This document shows positions 1 to 9,462 of a stretch of 50,986 bases of DNA, one piece after another; the stretch's first letter is position 1, and every line of letters starts with the position of its first letter. A program made the translations under genes and the position numbers. The DNA is from a virus: the IMG/VR virus record IMGVR_UViG_3300005805_000048; one strand, written 5' to 3'. The notes below the pieces were generated by a model that was not told the DNA's origin, made no database searches, and saw only the letters and a program-made list of their open reading frames with translations.

Positions 1-49
1 GATGGTAATGTTATTGGCTTGGGTTAGTTCTATAAGTAGTTTTTTAGGG

Positions 50-60
50 TACTATAAATA
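50..60 (+). promoter_or_regulatory. candidate late-promoter element TACTATA(AATA)
   Basis: TACTATA at 50-56 lies upstream of the first gene, and the same 7-mer lies upstream of the sheath gene (4292-4298). It overlaps TATAAATA (53-60), which matches the T4 late promoter consensus. SD-like AGGTGA precedes ATG 88. Confidence 0.3.
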
Positions 61-87
61 CTAGTCAAATCGGTAGGTGATATTCTC

Positions 88-981
88 ATGGCTTCAATTT
101 TAGTTAACGATACAGTACGTTTTAAGGTTAAGTTTGTAGACGTCGACTCATCTGGCAATCAGATAGAGGTTTCTCCGGTATCAGTTTTGTTTAAATTATA
201 TGACTCAAACAACACCCTGCTTTTAACAGATGACGAACTTACTTCAATATCTGCTTCTGAATATTATTATGAGTATATTTTTGCGACCGCTGGAACGTAT
301 AAAATTACATTTATTGGCACGCTAGCTGACAGTAGGTCTATAACCGTTAATCAGCAAGTTTACGTCAGCACACCAGATCAAGATTATAAGCCTACCATCT
401 TTCTGAGAGAAGATGAAGTAATAGCATTTGCGCCAGATATACAGCCTTTATATGTAGATCCGGAAGAACTCATTCCATACTTTCCTGACGCACCCCTGCT
501 AGAAATAGGCGAATTCATACATGTTTATTCCCAGGAGATAAAAGAGATATTCTCTTTGCTAGATAGCGATGATGGCAGTAGTCTATCTTTTACTGCACTA
601 GAGTACATTAAAGCAGCCACCGCCTGTGAGCTCTCGAGAGTTTATGGGGGTGGTGGAGATGATGAACTCTCCGTAAGATTAGGCGATTTGTCTATTACCA
701 ACAGAAACCTGCCAAGATCAACCCTCACAAGGGCAAATGCCACAACATGGTGTCAGATAGCTGCTACCTTAAGAAAAGAAATTTTAGCTCAAAAAGTAAC
801 CGCAAGAGCAATACAGCCAAAGGGTCTACCCACAATGCCTACGATATCATCAGGTAGAGCAGTAGATCCATATACCGGATCAACAATATACTTATCGGAT
901 AAAGACATATACGGACCTGGAGCAATTATAACGCCAAAGGAGAATCCGATTCCCGAACGAGGATTAAGGAAGCATGATTGA
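88..981 (+). CDS. putative neck / head-tail adaptor protein with N-terminal Ig-like beta domain
   Basis: 297 aa. Beta-rich N-terminus (YYYEYIFATAGTYKITFIG) and an adaptor-like C-terminal motif (SVRLGDLSIT). Lies upstream of tail genes. Confidence 0.5.
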   Translation: MASILVNDTVRFKVKFVDVDSSGNQIEVSPVSVLFKLYDSNNTLLLTDDELTSISASEYYYEYIFATAGTYKITFIGTLADSRSITVNQQVYVSTPDQDYKPTIFLREDEVIAFAPDIQPLYVDPEELIPYFPDAPLLEIGEFIHVYSQEIKEIFSLLDSDDGSSLSFTALEYIKAATACELSRVYGGGGDDELSVRLGDLSITNRNLPRSTLTRANATTWCQIAATLRKEILAQKVTARAIQPKGLPTMPTISSGRAVDPYTGSTIYLSDKDIYGPGAIITPKENPIPERGLRKHD

Positions 982-1351
982 TCCTAAAAAAACTTTAAAC
1001 AATATCTTAAAGCAGTGGGGTCATAATGTTTTGATCCAAAGGCTAATCGATAGTCAGTGTATGCAATATGAATCCAAACTTCAAAGATATACAACAAGAT
1101 CATATTATCCAGGTTCAAGCGGATTTGCCAACGTTATGCAGGAAAAAACTCAAGGTATTACAATTTCTTCTGAGGTAATATATTATTTTCAAGATTTTGT
1201 AAATCCAAAATCAGGAGATAGAATTTACGAAGAACTTCCAACAGGAAATGAAATATTTAAAATAGACTTTGCTGCCCCAGTAAGGGGTAGGGGTGGAAAA
1301 ATAGTTTACTGGATTGCTGGGGCTACCAGAGAAGAGACGTCAAATGCTTAA
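974..1351 (+). CDS. putative head-closure / neck protein
   Basis: 125 aa, overlaps the previous gene. YYFQDFVNPKSGDRIYE and PVRGRGGKIVYW resemble head-closure (stopper) proteins; position fits. Confidence 0.5.
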   Translation: MIDPKKTLNNILKQWGHNVLIQRLIDSQCMQYESKLQRYTTRSYYPGSSGFANVMQEKTQGITISSEVIYYFQDFVNPKSGDRIYEELPTGNEIFKIDFAAPVRGRGGKIVYWIAGATREETSNA

Positions 1352-3419
1352 AGCTGCAAATGGACAAGTTATCAACTTTAGATTTGGTTTTGTTTTTGGT
1401 GGATCTTATTACGATCCAATCTCTGAATCAACTCCTGTTGATATTTTAGCCACAGTTGTTCGTGGACAAAATGGTTCTGGCAACATAGTCCAACCGTCTG
1501 TTTCTTTACTTAACAGTAGTTATAGTATTGTTGACATTACGACCACGGGGACTGTGGTTTCTGGATATGCAACAGCAACTTTTTCTTTTGATAGAGAACA
1601 TTATTTTTCTTTAGGAGATAAAATTTGCGTTTATGGAGTTAATACTTCTTGCGATGGTGACTACGAAATAGTGTCGCTAAGCAGCAGTACATCAATAGAA
1701 GCAAGAAAGAAAACAACGAACCCAATAATAAACATAGATCCAGTTCCAACTACTGCAAGACTCACACCAAAAACATCTGCTTTTATAAAAAGAGTATCTT
1801 CTTCTGAGTATCAATTTGTTTATACAATTCCAAGCAATCTTCAAAGTGGCATATATACAGTCGTTATACAAACAACTTATTTAAATAGAACTCAAGTAGT
1901 TGAACATTTCTTTGAGGCAATTAATAAAAGCTTTACCAAAGCAGGAAACATAACTGCAAAAGAACTAGGAAGTGGCTTAGCAACAATCACGACTGAAGAA
2001 GACCACTTTATCCAAGTTGGAGAATTTGTAACAATTGAAGAAACGGATAGAGTTCTTGATGGAACCTACCAGGTGTCTGGTATACCAAGTTCAAATAAGT
2101 TTGAGTTTAAAACGTCAAGCACTCAATCAATCGTTGAAACCTCAGTATTTGGAAAATACATAGTAAAAAATATAGTTGGCGTTAGTGATCAATTATCGGG
2201 TCCTACCGGTGGTTCGACTATTTCCCTACAGCCTATATACAGCGCATTTGACGAAGTCGACACTAATGCAATACTACTAGTTGGTCACGCAGATGGAATA
2301 GAACTAAATGAAATTTATAAAGTTTCTTCAATGCAAGAAGCAATAAACTTACTTGGTGCAAATATGCAGTCCCCCTTATTAAGGGGTGTTTTTGATGCGT
2401 ACAGCTGCGGCGCCAAAAACATGTTTATCCTTGCTGCAGCCCCAATGTCAGAATACGTCGACGACATATCAACAAGGCTTACTCCAATGCCACACCTAGT
2501 TTCTAGCGAAACAGGAACACCAATAACTTTTTATCAAAAGTACTACGAAAGATTATCTCAATCATACGAATTTATTAAAGGTTATGAATTAATAGATATC
2601 ATAGTTCCATTGGAAACTTCCATCATAGGAACTGGATCAGTTAACTTTATTTCCCAATTAGCACTTCATTGTTACAACTTTCATGAAAATACTGGCTATG
2701 TTCAAATTGGCGTAATTGGTTCAAGATCAAATGGACTGAAAGAAACTGACATTGATCTACTTGAAGCAAACCCGATATTCAAAAATAAATTAACTACGTA
2801 TAATTCAACTGGACAAATTGAATCAGATATTGGTAGATATATAATTCCAGTGTATGGCGAGTTAAACTTTAATCACTCTGGTTTTAATAGATCGTATGCT
2901 TCCTCGGCAGCAGCAGCTTTTGCTGGTACCATGTCGGCAACTCCGGTGTATATGGGGATGATTAGAAGGCGTTTACCTGGCGCAGTATCTGTTCTTGGTT
3001 CAGATCTTTCCAAGAGCGCGCACGCAAGACTAGACAATCTTGGAATTAATGTTGTTTACAGAACTAGAAAAGCGTCTAGAGGTTATCCATATGAAGTTGC
3101 AATATCCAACGACTACACGATGGCAAGTGCCGACAGCACTCTTTCTAAAGCTCCGCAAATGAGACTAGTTGCTATGGTTATAAATGAAATAAAGAATATT
3201 TCAAATGATGGTACAGGAAAAAATGTAGAAAGCAAAATAACATCTCAGGTAAAAAATATGTTAGAACTTTTAGTCGGAGCAAGAGTGATAAAGGACTACT
3301 CCATGCAAGCATACGCATCAAAAACTCAAAGAGGATTTTTGATATTTGAATTAAATCTTGTTTCTTCTCTTGGCTTAAAAAATATTAACTTCTCAGTAAC
3401 AACTGGTCCAGGAGCGTAA
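1344..3419 (+). CDS. tail sheath paralogue with N-terminal beta-rich extension
   Basis: ATG 1344 overlaps the upstream stop and is more likely than TTG 1314. The C-terminal ~390 aa aligns by eye with the sheath gene 4343-5572 (LLRGVFDAYSCGAKNMFIL vs CHRAYVELVAGGAERIYMV; QMRLVAMVINEIK vs TLRIINEATLVVR). The N-terminus has two similar beta modules (ATFSFDREHYFSLGDKICV; ATITTEEDHFIQVGEFVTI). Confidence 0.65.
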   Translation: MLKAANGQVINFRFGFVFGGSYYDPISESTPVDILATVVRGQNGSGNIVQPSVSLLNSSYSIVDITTTGTVVSGYATATFSFDREHYFSLGDKICVYGVNTSCDGDYEIVSLSSSTSIEARKKTTNPIINIDPVPTTARLTPKTSAFIKRVSSSEYQFVYTIPSNLQSGIYTVVIQTTYLNRTQVVEHFFEAINKSFTKAGNITAKELGSGLATITTEEDHFIQVGEFVTIEETDRVLDGTYQVSGIPSSNKFEFKTSSTQSIVETSVFGKYIVKNIVGVSDQLSGPTGGSTISLQPIYSAFDEVDTNAILLVGHADGIELNEIYKVSSMQEAINLLGANMQSPLLRGVFDAYSCGAKNMFILAAAPMSEYVDDISTRLTPMPHLVSSETGTPITFYQKYYERLSQSYEFIKGYELIDIIVPLETSIIGTGSVNFISQLALHCYNFHENTGYVQIGVIGSRSNGLKETDIDLLEANPIFKNKLTTYNSTGQIESDIGRYIIPVYGELNFNHSGFNRSYASSAAAAFAGTMSATPVYMGMIRRRLPGAVSVLGSDLSKSAHARLDNLGINVVYRTRKASRGYPYEVAISNDYTMASADSTLSKAPQMRLVAMVINEIKNISNDGTGKNVESKITSQVKNMLELLVGARVIKDYSMQAYASKTQRGFLIFELNLVSSLGLKNINFSVTTGPGA

Positions 3420-3420
3420 C

Positions 3421-4227
3421 ATGCAATCATCTTTTCCATTTCCAGGCAGAATTGATGACGATTTAAGCCCATTCTCAACTCGACAAAATCAAATGAATGA
3501 ATTTGATAGAACAAGAGTAACTAAACCAGAACAGTATCATAATACTGACGCAAGAAGAATGAAGGCAGATGGCAATCTAAGCTATCTTGAATTTATACAA
3601 GTAGTTAAACTACTGTGGGAAAACTCATATCCAGATATTCCTATTCTTGCAACTTTCGGTGGCACCTTTGCAACTTACCCGTGCATCGCCTATGGAATAG
3701 AGCTGAAAAGAGCCCACAACCAAGAACCAAAAATGCGCTATAGGGATAAAGCTTTAGGTGATGATGGAAAGTATTACATAATTGAAGGTCAAAGGTTCCA
3801 AAACGTTGTATCTTTTACCGTTATAGTCCAGGCAGACGCTGCAAAATTGGAGGGTGATTCTTCTCGTTATGCTGGCGCAGAAGTAGCAGATAGGATAATA
3901 GAAAGATTTGAAGACTTCATGCTCGAGTATACGCCAGTATTTAAAAAGCTGGGCGCTTCAGAATTCGTCTACGCTAGAAGGGTTTCTGATACCGAAACAA
4001 ATATGGATCAAACCGATGTAATTAAAAGAACTGTACTATACCTGCTTACGACCGAAAAACTGTCCGTAACACCTGTAGATAGGGTGGATAAGATCGTATT
4101 TGACGTTAGACAGTATATAGCTTCTCAACCAGCTACTCCAATTTATGACTATAATAAAGAGGTTTATGATGGGCATCATGAAACAAGGATTGTGGATTTA
4201 TTCCAGTCTGCAACCCCAAATTTTTAA
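3421..4227 (+). CDS. putative tail completion / terminator protein
   Basis: 268 aa directly upstream of the sheath gene. GQRFQNVVSFTV...ADRIIERFEDFM pattern fits the tail-terminator fold; synteny supports it. Confidence 0.5.
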   Translation: MQSSFPFPGRIDDDLSPFSTRQNQMNEFDRTRVTKPEQYHNTDARRMKADGNLSYLEFIQVVKLLWENSYPDIPILATFGGTFATYPCIAYGIELKRAHNQEPKMRYRDKALGDDGKYYIIEGQRFQNVVSFTVIVQADAAKLEGDSSRYAGAEVADRIIERFEDFMLEYTPVFKKLGASEFVYARRVSDTETNMDQTDVIKRTVLYLLTTEKLSVTPVDRVDKIVFDVRQYIASQPATPIYDYNKEVYDGHHETRIVDLFQSATPNF

Positions 4228-4265
4228 TATTTTAAATATATAATTTTCATGACCAATAATAAAAT

Positions 4266-4300
4266 GTAGTTGGTTTTTATAGGTTAATCATTACTATATG
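4266..4300 (+). promoter_or_regulatory. candidate late promoter upstream of sheath
   Basis: AT-rich intergenic region with GTAGTT, a T-run and TACTATA (4292-4298), similar to 36-56. A strong SD GGAGG precedes ATG 4343. Confidence 0.35.
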
Positions 4301-4342
4301 TTCTGAGTTACAAAAGGATCCATACTTGGAGGTCGAAAACCA

Positions 4343-5572
4343 ATGGCATTACCAGGCGTAAAAACAGTTATTAAAGATCGCTTTTACAGCATTTCTCGTC
4401 AAGACAGCCCAGTGGGCCCCAGAATAGTTGTAATCGCCAAAAGAGATACAGACGATGGCGAAGGTAACGTAGCCGACCTAGACGTTGTTTTGTGCACAAA
4501 TGAAGCCGATGTTATCACAGCATTTGGTGAAGACTCACACTGCCACAGAGCATATGTCGAGCTTGTAGCAGGTGGCGCAGAAAGAATCTACATGGTCCCA
4601 CTGCCAAGCGACACCACATGGAACCACACAACCGGTGCAGTAACAAGCACTGATTTTGGTGGTAGCGTTCTTGACGCAGCGTTTACCGCAGCAGAAGCGG
4701 CACTGCCAGACATCATCGTTCCTTGGGGAAGAGGTGGAGCCGTAGAAGAATGGGGAGCATCACCATCAAGCCCAGACTTTGGCTTCTATGCTAACAATAG
4801 CTCAACAGCAGCAAACAGCTGGGTTTACAAGATTTCAAACCTTGTAAAATCAATCAACGAAAACTCTCACCCATGCTTCGCAGTGTTGGGCGTAAAGCCA
4901 TACACTGGCGCAAATGAGGTTATGACTCCAGGTCAGGTTTCTTCACACCTTGCACTCAGCACTCTTGCTGATCGTGATGGTGATGCAACCTTGAAAGAGA
5001 TTGGTCGTCATTGCATGGTTGTAGCAACAGAACTTAAACCATCTGCTTATCCAGCAGAATGGGGTTATTCAAATGGCGCATGTGCAACAGCAGCTGCATT
5101 AAGCAGAATGGCTTCGTACATTTCAACAATCAACAAAGTTGTTTACAACATTGCGTCACTAAGATATAATCCATCAAAGACAATTCTTAGCAACCTTACA
5201 GATAAGGGCGTTAACTCGGTGACTCTCAACTTCAACAGAGCACCAGTATTCTCTGACGGAATCACATTTGCTGGTTCAGCTTCAGATTATACAAGACTAA
5301 CCACGCTTAGAATCATCAACGAGGCAACACTTGTTGTTCGTCAAAGCTGCCAGAAGTACATTGGCCAGCCTTCGACCATTCAAGTTAGAAACTCGATGGA
5401 GACTTCGATTACATCAGCCCTAAGAGGCATGCAGATGCTCGGCGCAATACTTGATAGCGATTTCAACATCAAGTACATCGCAGCTGAAAACAAGGCTTTG
5501 ATTGACCTTGTGTTGACACCAGCATTTGAACTCAGAAACATTGACGTTCAAATCTCTGTTGACCTTGGCTAA
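4343..5572 (+). CDS. contractile tail sheath protein
   Basis: 409 aa. N-terminal LPGV motif and a typical sheath C-terminal domain (YTRLTTLRIINE...LIDLVLTPAFELRNIDVQI). C-ending codons are visibly frequent, consistent with high expression. Confidence 0.85.
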   Translation: MALPGVKTVIKDRFYSISRQDSPVGPRIVVIAKRDTDDGEGNVADLDVVLCTNEADVITAFGEDSHCHRAYVELVAGGAERIYMVPLPSDTTWNHTTGAVTSTDFGGSVLDAAFTAAEAALPDIIVPWGRGGAVEEWGASPSSPDFGFYANNSSTAANSWVYKISNLVKSINENSHPCFAVLGVKPYTGANEVMTPGQVSSHLALSTLADRDGDATLKEIGRHCMVVATELKPSAYPAEWGYSNGACATAAALSRMASYISTINKVVYNIASLRYNPSKTILSNLTDKGVNSVTLNFNRAPVFSDGITFAGSASDYTRLTTLRIINEATLVVRQSCQKYIGQPSTIQVRNSMETSITSALRGMQMLGAILDSDFNIKYIAAENKALIDLVLTPAFELRNIDVQISVDLG

Positions 5573-5627
5573 TCAAATAAATAAAAAACACACTCACTGC
5601 ACTTTTTAAGTACCGATTGGAGGGTAT

Positions 5628-6317
5628 ATGGCAGGCGAATACTATGACAGCCCAGTAAACAAGTATCTTAACACATACACAACGTTTTCTGGTGCAGATA
5701 TTGTTGCCACTTTTGGTGGCGTAGAAATTGGTGCTCTTTCTGGAATTACATTTTCAGTAACAAGAGAAAAAGCTCCTATCTATACAATGGGTTCACCAAA
5801 CCCAAGATCCTTTTCTAGAGGTAAGAGAGGTATCGCTGGATCATTGATTTTCACAGTCTTTGATCGTCCAGCTCTTTACCAGATGCTTGAAACACATCAC
5901 AACACCTCTACAGAAATGAAGTTCTTCACAAGAGCTCACAATACTCTTCCTGGCGATCCTTCGCACAAGAGAGGCATTGCCGAGTTCACATCGCAAACAA
6001 GAGATGTTGTAACAAAGACGCCTTACTACGCAGACCAAATTCCACCATTCGACATTACGATTACATTCGTAAACGAATATGGTCAGGCTGCTGTTCGCTC
6101 AATATACGGAGTTGAGCTCCTGAATGAAGGTTCAGGTGCATCGATGGACGATATCGTCATCGAAGAAACAATGACGTATGTTGCTCGCGAAATAGGACCA
6201 ATGTACAGAATTACAACCGATCAGATTGAAAGGTTTAATCAAGACGATCTTGGGTCGTTGATCAGCAAAGATGCTGTCAGCTCAAGCGGATTGAACTCTG
6301 CAATAATCAGACCATAA
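5628..6317 (+). CDS. tail tube protein
   Basis: 229 aa directly after the sheath. FSGADIVATF...ITFSVTREKAPIYTMGSPNPRSFSRGKRGIAGSLIF is typical of large-myovirus tube proteins. SD GGAGG. Confidence 0.8.
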   Translation: MAGEYYDSPVNKYLNTYTTFSGADIVATFGGVEIGALSGITFSVTREKAPIYTMGSPNPRSFSRGKRGIAGSLIFTVFDRPALYQMLETHHNTSTEMKFFTRAHNTLPGDPSHKRGIAEFTSQTRDVVTKTPYYADQIPPFDITITFVNEYGQAAVRSIYGVELLNEGSGASMDDIVIEETMTYVAREIGPMYRITTDQIERFNQDDLGSLISKDAVSSSGLNSAIIRP

Positions 6318-6337
6318 TTCTGATACGTTTTAAGTTG

Positions 6338-6390
6338 TTAGTCGGTGGTGGAGAACGGGGAAAACTCTGCCATCGACTAATACTTTTTAT
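6338..6390 (+). terminator. intrinsic terminator-like hairpin after the sheath-tube genes
   Basis: TTAGTCGGTGGTGGAG (6338-6353) pairs with CTCTGCCATCGACTAA (6365-6380): a 16-bp stem with 3 G-U pairs, followed by TACTTTTTAT. Confidence 0.7.
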
Positions 6391-6401
6391 AAAGAGGAAC
6401 A

Positions 6402-7163
6402 ATGCCGTTTGAAAATGAAGAATCTACAGATATTGGAAATTTAACTACAATATCCTCTAGAAAAAATAGAGTAGCCAATTATCAAGATTCTATAAAGGAA
6501 TTTAGAAAGAATAACTTTCTTCCTGATCCATTTTCGGATATGTCCTTTTCTGGTGCGGATATACACGCAACTCTAGTCATACCAAAAATTGGTGAAGATG
6601 GCTTTTTAAGCAATCAGGGTGACGTTTTAGAGTTAGCTGAACTGCAGACGATATCATACTCGATGCACAGGGAGAACTCACCGGTTAGAACTCTTGGCCA
6701 CGTAAACCCACGAGGATTTGTAAAAGGCGCTAGAACGATAGCCGGCAGTATGATTTTTACTCAGTTTAACGAATATGCTTTCTATCGAATTGATGCCTAT
6801 AGAAAAATTTTAGCTGATACCAAAGGCTTTTACGCACCACTTGCCGACATGCTTCCACCATTTGATGTCGTCTTTACGCTTTTTAACGAATACGGTTTAG
6901 CAGCTAAAATGAAGATCTTTGGTATCACCGTAGTTGACGAGGGTGGTACAATGTCTATTGACGACCTAATCACAGAACAAACATATACCTATATGGCAAG
7001 AGGCATACAGCCACTTGTGCATCTAGATACAACCAATGATGATTTAAGATATCCAGAAAGTTTTCAAGCGCAAAAAGATGAAAGACTCAGAGTAAGCACT
7101 AATGCGTTTGGTGATAAAGTCCAAGACTATAAAAACTTTATAGAAAAAATATATAAACCATAA
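6402..7163 (+). CDS. tail tube paralogue (tube initiator / baseplate-proximal tube ring)
   Basis: Shares FSGADI, ISYSMHRE, RGFVKGARTIAGSMIF, PPFD and DDLITEQTYTYMAR motifs with 5628-6317. Confidence 0.7.
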   Translation: MPFENEESTDIGNLTTISSRKNRVANYQDSIKEFRKNNFLPDPFSDMSFSGADIHATLVIPKIGEDGFLSNQGDVLELAELQTISYSMHRENSPVRTLGHVNPRGFVKGARTIAGSMIFTQFNEYAFYRIDAYRKILADTKGFYAPLADMLPPFDVVFTLFNEYGLAAKMKIFGITVVDEGGTMSIDDLITEQTYTYMARGIQPLVHLDTTNDDLRYPESFQAQKDERLRVSTNAFGDKVQDYKNFIEKIYKP

Positions 7164-7172
7164 AGGAATAAA

Positions 7173-8201
7173 ATGAGTGGAGTTTATAAACCGAATCCAT
7201 ATAGGCCATTTAGCGGATATATTCCCTATGAGGAAACCGTTTCGAATAGGCCTGGGGTTAGAAATCTAGATGGCACTTTTGATCCGCTGACTTCTGATTT
7301 GGATTTATATTGGGCAGGTGGCTCAACATCCGATAATAGATTTAGTAATTATTATGATTACTTTTTTTCTGGTGAAGATGTAAAAGTTTATATTGATGGA
7401 CTTTTTGACGAAAAAGATGAAGTAGACATTGCTGGCTTTGGATTCTTAATCAAACAGGAAAAGCAGGCTGTCTATGGATTTTGGTCTTATAACTTCGATG
7501 CCATTATGAATGGAACCAGAATTATAACTGGTCAGTTTTCCGTCTATTCAAGATATCCCAGAAGGATGACCGAGCTTATAGAACGAGCAGCTCAAGTAAG
7601 AGTAGAAACAATGTCTGGTAAGAAAGATGGAACTGGTGTTGTTTCTGTAATGGCTTCTCAAAACGAATCAAGAAAAGATGAAGAGAATATACAAAAATAT
7701 TGGGCTAACAGTCAGCTGGATAGAATAACTACTGATCCAGCAATTACCGCGGGATCTGCAAATAACAATCGTAACATTTTTAGTGCCCACCCACCTTTTA
7801 ATTTTATTATAATGTACGGAGTAGATGACACCAGTCTTTCTCCAATAGCTGGGGCCAGCAATAGAACAACTGCTTCAATTGAACAAAGAGACAATCTGGA
7901 TAGAATGATATCTACTGATATTAACGATAGAAAAATTAAACTATCCGGAGCGGGCAACGCTATGAAAATTGTTTTACAAAATGTACACCTTATGCAGATG
8001 TCAACAGAATACCAAAGCGGTGGCGCACCTTTAATAGAGACATATTCATTTGTTGCAAGAGACTTTTATTTTACAGAAGCCGGAACAAACCTTAATCCGT
8101 ATACAGGCCTCAAAACCTCTGTTACTCAGAATTCAAAATATAATAATAAAAACACCCAACTATTACCGCCTAGAAATAGCAATATTACAATTAAGACGTA
8201 A
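7173..8201 (+). CDS. second tail tube paralogue
   Basis: FSGEDV, KQEKQAVYG, GTRIITGQF, HPPFNF and ETYSFVARD motifs parallel the tube protein. Confidence 0.6.
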   Translation: MSGVYKPNPYRPFSGYIPYEETVSNRPGVRNLDGTFDPLTSDLDLYWAGGSTSDNRFSNYYDYFFSGEDVKVYIDGLFDEKDEVDIAGFGFLIKQEKQAVYGFWSYNFDAIMNGTRIITGQFSVYSRYPRRMTELIERAAQVRVETMSGKKDGTGVVSVMASQNESRKDEENIQKYWANSQLDRITTDPAITAGSANNNRNIFSAHPPFNFIIMYGVDDTSLSPIAGASNRTTASIEQRDNLDRMISTDINDRKIKLSGAGNAMKIVLQNVHLMQMSTEYQSGGAPLIETYSFVARDFYFTEAGTNLNPYTGLKTSVTQNSKYNNKNTQLLPPRNSNITIKT

Positions 8202-8210
8202 ATTATTTTT

Positions 8211-8222
8211 TGTGCTATAATA
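8211..8222 (+). promoter_or_regulatory. possible extended -10 promoter (TGcTATAAT)
   Basis: TGTGCTATAAT in the 60-nt gap before 8262, followed by SD AAGGAG. Confidence 0.35.
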
Positions 8223-8261
8223 TATGTGATTTAAATCAAATATCCCAAGGAGAAAATAAAC

Positions 8262-8816
8262 ATGTCAGATGTTAAGAAGATAGTAGTAAGAAGAGACCAG
8301 AATCTAGCAGAACAAGTATCTGCAGATACGGCGGAAGTAATCATGGAGACTGAAGATGTTCAGGATTCAGACTTAATGGTTACCGAATACGATCCAAGTG
8401 CAGACAACCAAAAACTGCAGGATCCAGCAGAAGCTACATCAGTTGAAGAACTCGCAGACGACGTTCCAATTTTTGAAAATGGTCCAACAGCAGGTCAGAT
8501 TAAAGCATGGAAGAAGCAACACGGTGAAGTGTATGTCACTTCTATTTCTTTTGACAAGCACATTGTTTGGCGAGTTCTTTCACGCATGGAGTACAAGCAG
8601 CTGGTTAAAAAGATGGAATCATTGATGCAGGCTGGCCAGTTAAGTACGGCTGAGGCAAATATGTGGAATGAAGAAGCTATAGCTGAGCTGTGCATTTTGT
8701 TCCCAGGATACAACAAAGCAGCCCTTACCTCTGATATGGCTGGCTTACCATCGCTTATCTCACAAGAGGTTCTGGAGGCTTCTGGATTCGTAGCCCTAGA
8801 GGTTCGCCAGCTCTAA
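8262..8816 (+). CDS. tail assembly chaperone-like protein
   Basis: 184 aa, acidic. QIKAWKKQHGEVY...IVWRVLSRMEY...AGLPSLISQEVLEASGF. Lies between the tube and tape-measure genes. Confidence 0.6.
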   Translation: MSDVKKIVVRRDQNLAEQVSADTAEVIMETEDVQDSDLMVTEYDPSADNQKLQDPAEATSVEELADDVPIFENGPTAGQIKAWKKQHGEVYVTSISFDKHIVWRVLSRMEYKQLVKKMESLMQAGQLSTAEANMWNEEAIAELCILFPGYNKAALTSDMAGLPSLISQEVLEASGFVALEVRQL

Positions 8817-8817
8817 A

Positions 8818-9451
8818 ATGCTCGAAGAGTCTATTCTTCGAGAATTAAAACAGAAGTATTCTGTTGTATTCAGCGTCGACCTAAAACGGTAAGACTATTG
8901 TATTTAAAGAATTAACATTCTTTGAATTTGATAAAATAGGTGCCCTTAAAAGAGACGGAATATTTTCCTCCGCTGACGTAGAAGAGGAAATATTAAAGTA
9001 CGCAGTAGTATACCCGGAAAAATTTGATGTCAACTCCATACCGCCGGGAGCTGTTAGTAGCTTAGCTGATCAGATCATAGAGTTTTCTGGATTTTCATCC
9101 CCTAAAAGAACTAAGCAAATTTTAGATGAAAAAAGACAGCAAGCTTCTCAGGTAAGAGGCTTAATGAAAGCCTTTGTCTTGGCTACTATACATACAGATA
9201 CCCCAGAATATTTGGACTCCTTAACGTATTCCCAATTGGCTGCTCGAGTGGCCTTGGCGGAAAAAATTATCGAGGTTCAGCAGGCAATACACGCAATAGA
9301 GCCAACTAACGTTACTTTACAAATAATAGATCCGCAGGAAGAACAGCAAAAACAAAAGCAGTCAGCCGCAAGACATGACGCTTCAAAGAGTGAAGGAGCG
9401 GCTGGGTTTAACGATCCGATTGCCCAGAAGTTATGGGGAATGCAAAGATAA
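8818..9451 (+). CDS. second tail assembly chaperone-like protein (about 210 aa; needs +1 shift at CGG 8887)
   Basis: ATG 8818 follows stop 8816. MLEESILRELKQKYSVVFSVDLK-[CGGT]-GKTIVFKELTFFEF...PGAVSSLADQIIEFSGF runs without a stop into ORF 9164-9451 and resembles 8262-8816 on both sides of the junction. Confidence 0.7.
8887..8890 (+). other. +1 recoding site CGGT
   Basis: AAA CGG TAA in frame 0; AAA c GGT AAG in +1. Confidence 0.75.
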
Positions 9452-9462
9452 AGAGGTAGTCG

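Noticed and set aside
1314-1343. TTG start at 1314
   Set aside because: ATG 1344 overlapping the upstream stop fits the translational coupling seen throughout the window.
8790-8820. Classical -1 G/GT chaperone slippery site at the end of 8262-8816
   Set aside because: No XXXYYYZ heptamer near the stop, and the next gene has its own ATG at 8818.
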